Shown: positions 54,019 through 64,000 of the stretch, one piece after another
Layout: each line of letters starts with the position of its first letter
How positions within the stretch are numbered: position 1 is the stretch's first letter
Source: Octopus vulgaris
Lineage: Eukaryota
Length of the DNA stretch: 64,000 nt
NCBI GenBank assembly: GCA_951406725.2
Contig: OX597818.1
Location: 29,388,001-29,452,000, forward strand
Direction of reading: 5' to 3'
Position numbers and translations under genes: made by a program
The notes under the pieces: generated by a model
Told to the model about the DNA's origin: nothing
What the model saw: the letters and a program-made list of their open reading frames with translations, nothing else
Database searches by the model: none

Positions 54019-55225
54019 TGTTTCTTTATTAGCCACACAGGGCTGCACACAGATAGAACAAATTACAAGGTAGAGCTTTTCTTTTGAAGGTTTAAGAAAG
54101 AAAAAAAAAAAAAAAAAAAAAAGGAAGGGGGAGTTTCGATCAAAAGGGATCGTAAAAGGAGAGAAAGAGGACAAAAAAAAGGGGGGTTTAAAAAAAAAGG
54201 GGGGAGGAAAAAAATTGATCAATAGGGATCGTTATCACAGAAATGTCAATATGAAGTGTAAAGGGGAGGACAGGTGAGGTTTACCCGTGCAAAGAAAAGC
54301 CTACGGAAAAGACCACGGTAACCTCGGTCAATGATGTCACATTTTATATTTCTTTTTTTTTTTTTTTTGCAAATAAGCAACTCTCTGTTTTCGATTTCTG
54401 GGTTCATAGGACTATGCTCAAGGTGGCTTCGTCATTCATACGTGCCATTCTTGCTACATTCACCCATCTTTTTTTAAAACATTCGCTAGACAAAACTTGC
54501 CTCTCTACTCTCACTTTCCTTTTCAAGTGGTACTTGAAGAAGTTGATGAGAGATTGACCAGAGAGGAAAGTGTTTGTCTCCAATCCTTTCAGACGCGTCC
54601 ACCAGATACATTCTTTCGCCATAGCCACAAGGATGATGAAAATAGCTCTTCCTTCCCGTTTGAAGGAAGGAGGCGTGACAATATTGACGATAGACTCAGC
54701 TGATAAACCGACTCGTCCCACACGTGACAGCAGTTGTTCGACGTAAGCCCACAGGTCGGAAATTGTTGGACACTGAACGAGTGCGTGCAGAACGGTTTCG
54801 TCGCTCTGACCGCATCTCGGGCAGGTCGGCCCCGTGTTTCTCGAGCCGTGTCTGTAGAGCTTATCCCGAACGGGTAGCGCTTCTCGGTAGCACTGCCAGG
54901 CCAGGGATCTCTGGAAGTTGTCCATGGGCCCTGGCCCGAAAGTCGTCCTGAACAGGCGGGTCAGGTACTCCTCGTCGACGTCCAGGTTCGCCCCGAGCTC
55001 GTCGTCGTACCTCCCCTCCACTAAACCCCTATAGAATGCTTTGGTTGTGTTGAAGTCACTTAAGGTCGACCCAGGACGGCAGAGTTGCTTGAGAGCAACG
55101 CGACACTCGCGGTGCCATTCGCCCTTCCTCGGCCTCTTTTTGATCCACGACTGCAGTTCGGTCATGGAGACGAGCTGCGGGAAAGCGTGCCTCACAAACG
55201 GCGACCACACCTGTTCACCGTCGTC
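54019..55225 (-). mobile_element. Young 5'-truncated L1/Tx1-like LINE inserted in (GATA)n
   Basis: Uninterrupted ORF2 C-terminus with CPRC..ETVLHALVQC finger, U-rich 3' UTR and AATAAA. (TAGA)n on both sides. Confidence 0.9.
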
Positions 55226-55285
<60 letters not shown>

Positions 55286-55355
55286 TAGCGATTCTAATCT
55301 CCTCAATCAAAAATATTCTGAATACATCGAAACTGGAATGAGAGTGAGCACCTAC

Positions 55356-55412
55356 CTTGTACCACCTGTACCCTCGAGTAGAATTTTCAAGAGGTTTGTA
55401 GACGCTCTTTTA
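55356..55412 (-). CDS. Calcitonin-type precursor, pro-peptide exon
   Basis: Acceptor tttccattcatcttacag, donor AG|gtaggt. 57 nt, phase 2/2, open frame KRASTNLLKILLEGTGGT(R). Joins in frame (AG|A = Arg) to the 41767 exon. Confidence 0.7.
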
Positions 55413-55653
55413 CTGTAAGATGAATGGAAATAATTATCAAAAAAATAATTTAAAATATTGGCTTTTTGTTTCGGTGTTGGGTATGGCAAGATTTAATGGA
55501 AAAGGTCTATCCTAAACGTATTTAATAGATATGAGAATTACAACTGAATATATTTTATGTAGAACAACGTAGATTTCTAGACGGTTAAAAAATGAATTTG
55601 AAGGGTTCCGGAGACAAGTAGAAACAAATTGATAATTGAAGCCATTGTCCTAA

Positions 55654-55743
<90 letters not shown>

Positions 55744-55768
55744 GGATAGACAGAGAAGACAGGCAGGC

Positions 55769-55855
<87 letters not shown>

Positions 55856-55883
55856 CAGAGAAGACAGGCAGACAGACAGACAA

Positions 55884-55960
<77 letters not shown>

Positions 55961-56018
55961 CAGACAGATAGATAGACAGAGAAGACAGGCAGACAGACAG
56001 ACAGACAGACAGACAGAT

Positions 56019-56087
<69 letters not shown>
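55654..56087. repeat. Compound (GATA)n/(GACA)n microsatellite
   Basis: Direct reading; three higher-order units delimited by gacagagaagacaggcag. Confidence 0.95.
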
Positions 56088-56365
56088 AATAATAACTCAT
56101 TAGTTTCCTTTTAATTTGTTCTTTCAAAGACCACTTTATAGATGAAAAGTTTGCCCTTAGATAAGTGAAACCAACTTTAACCTTAACTATTTGCAAATAA
56201 CTTGTTGATAAGTTTCTGAAGCACATCAAATATTGTAAAGCTACGCTTGTGGTGTAGTGTATCTCATGTGGTATCTTGCAAATAAATGATTAGGTAAATG
56301 TTTTGTTCAAATAGGCTTAGTGAATTAGATCCAGTCATTTTTTTGTCCGTTGATGTTCCTGCCGG

Positions 56366-56966
56366 TGTAGTTATTGCAATTCTTATTTAACTCTTTAAGA
56401 CATTCCATCCGTCTTTATCCAGAGAATTATATCTAAGTCTGTGTTGTCTAAAGTGTATATGTTCACATTTTGCATGTTTACCTTTAAGTAGGCGTATATC
56501 GATTTGTACGTTGTTTTTTTTTACAAGTGGTCGCATGACCTGGTCACGTGATAGTTGAGTCCTGTTCCATCCCATCACATGACAGACCAGCCGAGCCTGG
56601 GAAATTTGTGCCTGTTCGCTGGGAGCCAACTGTCAGCTATATAAGGGTGGTGTTCTCTATTTCTTTGGTGAGGCGAGTTGCGCGGTCAGGTTCAGATCTC
56701 GACAGAGATCAAGTTTTATTTCGCTGATAGCCTCCGACGCGTACGCCTGTTTTTGCCTGCCAGCAGAAGTCATGTCTCGTATTTGTTTTCCTGTTCAACG
56801 CCGCATACATCATATACCAACTGCATGAGAATCATTGTGCATATTTGCTGACAATATTATATTTCAAGATGTATCTCAGCAACGTTACCGTGTTAATACT
56901 CTTTAACAGATTGAATAAATCATCGCATTTAATCTTCGTGGTTTTATGTTTCTTCCTTAATCTACA
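56366..56966 (+). mobile_element. Solo-LTR-like element
   Basis: TGTAG..CTACA termini, TATATAA near 56638, AATAAA near 56914, CpG-rich. No TSD seen. Confidence 0.45.
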
Positions 56967-57830
56967 TACACACGTACATTGGAACTCAAACCAGCTTTAT
57001 TCATCAACTCAACTAACTCCGTGAAATGTTCTCTAAGACAGGTTTGTTAGCGAGCTATTTGACAGTTATTTTAGTAGGTGGAGCTACTACGTAGATTCTT
57101 CCTCGTTAACTCGATCCTGTTGTTGTTGTTATTGTTGTGGTGTAGTGGGGCAAGTGGAATACAGTGAATCATGATAATTTTTGAAAACGTGAATATTCAA
57201 AAGGTTGGTTTCTACTAGCTTTTCGCAATTCAAACATTCGTTACTTCATTTTATGAAAGACATCATTACTTGACCATTACTGTAGAATATACAAGCTAAG
57301 CAACCTAGTTTTTAATACCTTCATCTATTCAAACTTTACTTGCGCTGAGGTCAATGTAATTTGCTTACCGGCTCCCACGGAATTGCTGGCCTTAAATTTG
57401 AAACTGATATAACAAATTATTTTAATTCACTGAAATAAAAATTCATTTTTAAACAAAAATGATTCTGTGAATTCATTTTACAGTGTTAAAGCGAATGAAG
57501 TGCTTTTTAAAATTTTCCTTTGTATCATTAAATTTATTGTTTTCTTAAGTTGCTGTTGAAACAGTATGTATATGATTTTGTGTTAAAGATTCCTTAAGTG
57601 TGCCTAATATTTGAAAGAATTTAGTGGTCGTTTTTTTTGTAACAGTCTACAATTGACTGCTATTCCAATAATTTAATAAAATATGGCGCTAGTTATATTC
57701 TCGGTCTTCTTTGAGTTGTTCAGTCTTATGTCGATTCACTGTTTCGCGGGAGATAATTCACTGCGTATTCGGCGTAGAGCATTGACTACTAGCATATGAC
57801 TTAAACAGATTGTATGAAAGTATGCCATAC

Positions 57831-57875
57831 GATCGTTTCGATCGCTGGTCGTCCTCAGAGCGACAACAGTGAAAA
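57831..57875 (-). CDS. Calcitonin-type precursor, exon encoding end of signal peptide and RxKR site
   Basis: Weak acceptor tttttatttaaaag, donor TC|gtatgg. 45 nt, phase 2/2, FHCCRSEDDQRSKR(S). In frame with both neighbouring exons. Confidence 0.55.
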
Positions 57876-58193
57876 CTTTTAAATAAAAATATGAAACTCA
57901 ACCTCGTGCTTTGTATTACATATGAAAGTAATCTACTTCAGTGTAACTAATTTCGGCGAAGCAAATACATTACACACACACACATACACACACACATACA
58001 CACGCGGGCACGCGCACGCACACACATACACACATACACACACACACAAATACATGCATACGTGACTGCATGCATGCATGCATACATACATACATACATA
58101 CATACATACATACATACATACATACATACATACATACATACATACATACATACGGGCGCAGAATTATGTACATACATACATACACACGGGCGC

Positions 58194-58342
58194 CAGGGGT
58201 GGACTGAGCCGTCGGTCAATCGGGCACTGCCCGAGGGCTCGGAGCTCAGAGGAGCCCGCGCTCTACATGTTAACTTATCACTGCTAAGGGGCCCGGCAAA
58301 CAGTTATGCCTGGGGGCCCTTAATACTCTCAGTCCGCTCCTA
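58194..58342. mobile_element. Short hAT-like MITE
   Basis: caggggtggactgag / ctcagtccgctccta imperfect TIRs and gggcc motifs. Confidence 0.6.
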
Positions 58343-59814
58343 GTGCAAGCTATTTTCCTAAGGAAACGTTGTCGATTACGCAATCTAATTTTCCGATATC
58401 GTCTCGGAAAGTGGCATGAAAGGTTTAAAATTTTTCTTTCTGTTGATACTTTTAATATACTTTTATTTCCTTTAATTTTGTTGATTTCTTTTACTGTACT
58501 AATAATGTAATCTTTTTATAAACGGAGGCATTTAGCTGGCTTTTACGGATGAGTGTACGATAGTGAACAATCTTTTTTTAGCAACACTTCATTACAATAT
58601 TTGAAGCGATTTGTTCTGTAGTCGGCATCTCAAGAAATGGATTTTCGGTTGATACCCAACACGCTGTTGACTCGACATCTGCTTTTAGATGAAAATGGCC
58701 TGTAAATTGGATGTAAAGGCCTATAAATAGCCTTTGCCCTTACATTTTCATTGCATTGTCTGAATGTTGAAATGCGATTGTAACAGCTTGTTCTCAGCTC
58801 TTCGTCTTTCCATGCAGCTAATAGCGATGCTTCTGTTTCAAAACTTAAATCAGATTGACTTCTGTATAACCTAATTTAAATTCATTAAATTCTATCTCTC
58901 TCAGAATAAATTGAAAATTAATTGGCCAGATATTTTCTTTTGTTCTCAAGCTTTTTCCTTTCTTTTTTATTCTTTCTTTGTTTTTTCTCTTTTCATTTTC
59001 TATCTCATTTTATGTTCTTTTGGTATTATACTTCATTCATTTCTCTCACTTTAGTTTTTCCATCAACAGTTCTACGCCGTTTCTTATATACAGTTAAAAA
59101 AAAATTTTGTAATCACTTTTCATAGCTAAAAGACTCTTCAATTACACAACGAATTAAATTGCTAATGATAGGATAAAAGTAATGAGTCTATAGGAAAGAC
59201 AAAATTTTGTGTTATAATTTTCAAAAGTAGATATATATGAAAAAAGTATCTAGTATTCCACAAATATTGAATTTTATCTTCTTGAAATATCACCAGCATA
59301 TTGAACAAGATCCTCTGAATGAATCTTTTTGATATACATTTTGGAAACTGGCCAGGAAAAAATGTCAACTATCTTGTCAAAAGAGCGAACACTTGATGGT
59401 TTTTGTTTGTGTTTATTTTTAGTATAGTTACCCTAGTTGTAATTTTTGTGCCTCCATAAACGCAGTCTTTTGTTTTCAATTATGATATTTAAATTGTGAA
59501 ACCGATACACAGTGCAGAGCTACTTAATGTGGGGTCTACTGCATAATATATGTTCCTTGCTTAACATTAATGTTCTTTGATTTGGAAAGGGCATCTACTC
59601 AAATCTTGGAGAGGTTGAATAGATGATGAGTGGAGGTGTGTACTTGTGTGTGTATATATACGTGAATATATATCATTTCTCATGCATGTGTTTAATTTCG
59701 GTTTTTCTGGTTCTGTTTAAATATTCCTGTTTCAATATTTATCTCATACAGATCCGGCTGCAAAATTATGTTGATTAGATTTACAGAAGTACAAAAACGA
59801 AATCGTTAATAACT

Positions 59815-60043
59815 ATTTCTTTACTTCCCACAATGGGCTACACACAGAGGGGACAAACAAGGGCAGACAAACGGATTAAGTCGATTATATCGACCCCAGT
59901 GCGTAACTGGTACTTAATTTATCGACCCCGAAAGGATAAAAGGCAAAGTCGACCTCGGCGGAATTTGAACTCAGAACGTAACGGCAGACGAAATACGGCT
60001 ACGCATTTCTCCCGGCGTGCTAACGCTTCTGCCAGCTCGCCGA
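59815..60043 (-). mobile_element. Young family C SINE
   Basis: CpG-rich copy ggcgagctggcagaagcgttagcacgccggg. Confidence 0.85.
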
Positions 60044-60960
60044 AATCGTAAATAACACGACTAAAATTACTAAAGTCAAAATAAAGTGATACTAAAAGCA
60101 TGAAATGACAGTAACATTCATTAATATCATGGTGGCTTGTATTATAATTCTCTAATCTCTTGTAACTGAAGTCGGTCTATAGAAACAGAATCTAATGTCA
60201 TTGTTAGTTAATTGAGGTTTTCATTGTAAAGAAGCCAATAATTTTCTCCTTCGAGAATGAATTCCATTTTCTCCCTCGAATGCTCTATTTAAGTATTAGT
60301 TACAAATTCTTCATATTTAAGTTTCGATTAAAAATATTGCTATAATTTTACGGAATAATCTTTCTAAACGACCTCTCAGTCACTTTGAGTTTGCGGAACG
60401 GAAATCGCCTGCGAATGATGGTTTTAATTTTTTGCACAAAGCCAGCAATTTCAGGACAGGAGAATTGATTACATCACCACAGTACTTGACCCCCGACAGG
60501 AAAAGTCGATTTTGGTGGAATTCGGACTCAGAACATAAAGACGGACGAAATGCCGCTAAGCATTTTGCCCGGTGTACTAACGATTCTGCCAGCAAATAAT
60601 ATTGTGTGTATTATGTTAAAAATATTGCGTTTTGCGCGATGGGAAGAATATCTATTTGTAACTATTCATTTGTAATATTTATTGACGTTTGATATATTCC
60701 ATATTTTCAGAGAAGTGGAGCAACAGAAACCATAGACTGCTGTACTAAATGGCTTATTACTTTTAATTTACATCTCTGCGTACCGATAACAAAGTGAATG
60801 CCACCGCGGTTGAGTTTTACTTTTTATTGTCAATGAAACCATTAGTGTTTTGAAGTGCGATTTTGTACCAATGTAAGAATTCAATATATTCCATTGCTTT
60901 GGTGAAGCGAGTATGTTGCAAATTCAAATCTTGCAAAATTTAAAGTCTCCCTACACGTAC

Positions 60961-60992
60961 ACAGTTAATAACATCGGAAAATATATAAGCAT
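60961..60992 (-). CDS. Calcitonin-type precursor, signal-peptide exon (exon spans 60961-61015; ATG at 60992, or an unseen upstream start)
   Basis: Acceptor tttatatttcag|G at 61015, donor GT|gtacgt. Hydrophobic frame IGNLVVV-MLIYFPMLLT(V); its phase-2 end matches the next exon. Confidence 0.6.
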
Positions 60993-61642
60993 CACAACTA
61001 CCAAGTTGCCTATACCTGAAATATAAAGCCTATGAGTTAAATCAAAATCAAATATGTATACAGTAATAGCTCACTTTACAATGACCCGCTTTACGAGACC
61101 AGGGTTTACGAGTTTTATTTTATAATATATTTTTTAAGTACAAGATCCAAATTTTGAACGAAGTGCAGAAGTTTCTACTACCATGACAAAGTCTTCTGCT
61201 TGTTAGCGAAAAATTTATAGATAGCGAAAAAAGCTTTCTTCTAAGCAAAAACTCTAGATTTGTTTTTGTTTTAATTTACAAGTCCGTCTACGAGTGCTTG
61301 TGAATCGGCGATCGCGTCGAAGTGGTGTGCTCGAATCTAGTGCCAGTGAAAGTGATTCAGAAAATAATAATAATAATAATTTTTTGTTATAAATGATCTT
61401 GATATTCTTTTTACTTTACATAAAATATTCTTTACATTCTACTCTTGTTTATTGCCATTTATTATAAATTTTATAGGTAAAATATTTTTCTGGAAACGAA
61501 TTACGATTTTATAACATCGCTACTATGAGAAATTATTGTTCTGCTTTGCAAGTCTTCGCTTTACAAGCGGTCTCTGGGAATAAATTAACTCGTATATCGA
61601 GTCATTACTGCATATATATATATATATATATACACACGCACG

Positions 61643-61714
<72 letters not shown>

Positions 61715-61717
<3 letters not shown>

Positions 61718-61938
61718 GGGAGTGCTGAAAAGTTCTTGGCTTCGGGTAAAAAAAAAAGAAAATACAGGAGGGTCATTTAATTACGCGTTTATTCAACATA
61801 TCCCACTCTGAGATTCACACATTTATTGCAGCGGTCATTCAGTTTTTCTAAACCCTGTAAAAGAACTCGGAAGGTTACGCCATCAACCAAGTTTTTTGCG
61901 ATACCCTTAAACTCAGGAAGTTTTCAGCACCCCCTCAG
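61715..61938. mobile_element. Mariner-type MITE between (CA)n and (TG)n tracts
   Basis: TIRs aggg.gtgctgaaaa.ttc.tg at both ends. Confidence 0.75.
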
Positions 61939-61999
61939 TATATCTGTGTGTGTGTGTGTGTTAGTGTGTGTGTGTGTGTGCTAGTGTGTGTGTGTGTGT

Positions 62000-62037
<38 letters not shown>

Positions 62038-62899
62038 TGTGTAAGTGTGTGTGGGTGTGTCTGTGTATGTGCAGGTATGTATTCTGTCCTTGGGTGAGGG
62101 AACATGCTGCTCAGTAGATCGAAATTATTCTCGTGCTCTTACTTGCCCCCTTCGTTTTCTCTCTTTTGCTACGGTCTAACAAAGTTACATCTTTTGATTG
62201 TACGATGTATTTATGGTTGTATTGAAGCAAAAAAAAAAATTGAAATAAAAGAGAAATATTCGATAAAATTAATTATTTAATTTGGCGATTTCGTCTTCAA
62301 TGCCATTCATTTAAAACTGTAAATATACGGTGTCTCTGAATTAACTATTTCAATGAAATCGAGCAAATTTTATATAAAATGATAGAATCTTATGTTTATT
62401 ACTTTATTATGATGCCAAAGCAAATAGATTTTATAAATCTTACGTCAAAACTTTATTGAAAATTTTCAACATGTGCTCCGTTTGTATCCCGCCAATTTCA
62501 AATCTATCATTAGCAATGCGAAATACATTTTGAAGCGTTTAAGGAGTTATCACCTGCACTGCTACTTGAACTATTGTTCCATTGTGGTTATGGGGGTAGA
62601 GAAAATGATTACAGCTAAATTGAAAAGAAGCTGTTGTGGACAAATAAGCAGGATTCAACAAGAGTGAAAATAACATTATGAAAAAGAAATTATAAAAATT
62701 ATAAAATTATATAGAATTAAAAAATTGTAAACGCATTTTAAACACTATAAACATAAATAAAAGTGAGTTTCTAAAAACATTGTCCGATTTCACTGTAAAG
62801 ATAGTTAATTCTGGGATACCTTGTATATTACTTTTAAAACTGCAAAATTGACTGCTGAAAAGTTTTCTAAAGTGCATAATACAACTGTGCAACAGAAGA

Positions 62900-63340
62900 G
62901 AATTAAAAAAGGGAGTGGTCAGACATCTCTGCGGAAGTTCAAGTTACTTTTGATAAAAAGGATTCGAAAATTCTGAATAGTATTCTACAATAGATCTTCA
63001 GTCCATAATCAGCTTCTGTAGTTCCTCTAAAATCCATAGATGGCACGACACTCATTAAAGACCCGAAAATATGATGGAACATTTTGCTGGGTCTTTTTCA
63101 ATCTCTCATTGCAGAACAGGGCAATTGTTGATGAAGTATATCTTGCTGAAGTATCAACACGATATACTTCATCAAACTGGCTGTAAGCTGCAGGGTATGG
63201 AGTAGTTTTAGGAATTAAACCGATCAAAACTAGCAAGGCATAAGGATTAGATGGAATCCCAACAGAACTGCAACATATTGAGAGGCGAAATGCTATGACT
63301 GGCATACTAAATATGATAGCATGTAGCTGGGAAAGAACAT
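62900..63340 (+). mobile_element. RTE-like LINE remnant
   Basis: IKPIKTSKA*GLDGIPTEL, matching the RT N-terminal KAPGxDGIPxE motif. Confidence 0.6.
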
Positions 63341-63417
63341 CTACACTATAAGAGCAGACTGATAGAAGTGTTTATACACAAATATGTTTATACACAAATG
63401 TGTGTGTGTGTGTGTGT

Positions 63418-63498
<81 letters not shown>

Positions 63499-64000
63499 CT
63501 TCCTCGTGGTATCACTCTCGTGGAGTCTGTTAGCAAGGTTTATCCAGATTGTTTTTGAATCGGTTAATGAAACCTATCTGCCTCTCAGTGCGAGCCAGAA
63601 AGCAATCTTAGTTTTACATCAAATAGTGGTATTTATTGCAGACATGATTATTTCGGTGTGATAACATCAAGAAAAATGCATTGAGCAGCAGTTACCTCTA
63701 CATTAGGTCTTTGTCGGCTTATCAAAGTCCTTTGATATTGTTAACAAAATGGTGTAGTGGAAAGTTCTTGGAAAGTTGGGTTCTCCACCAAATTTTGTTT
63801 AAAATATTTAAGGAATTACCCCGTAACGTAAAGGGTCGAATCATTTTCAAAAGACAACCTTCTAATAAAATGCTGTAAACAATGGAATTAAACAAGATAT
63901 TCCAGCCTCTACTCTATTTTTCAATATTATTCACTACTTTTCTAATATCTTCCAAGATTTTGACATTGATATCCAGCTGCGGTTTAGAAAAACTGGTATG

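Noticed and set aside
55585-56229. Long ORFs of YLSI, VC, HT, poly-I or poly-L repeats here and elsewhere
   Set aside because: Translations of microsatellites.
60040-60135. Minus-strand GCCACCATG followed by a hydrophobic stretch as an alternative signal exon
   Set aside because: In-frame TAG after 12 codons, and the frame runs into a SINE with no donor site.

Overview
AT-rich, repeat-dense eukaryotic DNA. The tRNA-derived SINE families, RTE/R4/Tx1 LINEs and abundant microsatellites look like an octopus (coleoid cephalopod) genome; this is inferred from repeat style. Most listed ORFs are microsatellite or transposon artefacts. One host gene, absent from the ORF track, can be assembled by hand: a minus-strand, four-exon calcitonin-type neuropeptide precursor (60992 to 41653). 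It predicts a 31-aa disulfide-bridged, Pro-amidated peptide. The other notable signals are RNA structures: (i) a tRNA-headed short element carrying a minimal hammerhead ribozyme, arranged like a Penelope-type element, and (ii) a non-circularly permuted hammerhead in the 3' UTR of a Hero-like LINE fragment that interrupts a ~1.1 kb palindrome. Also present: a Helitron, a Gypsy element splitting a mariner, a near full-length RTE-BovB-like LINE, a head-to-tail train of R4/Dong-like fragments in (TAA)n, a Tx1-like insertion in (GATA)n, several MITEs and a CCA-tailed tRNA-Trp 3' half. All calls were made by eye without searches. Repeat boundaries are approximate unless termini or TSDs are quoted.
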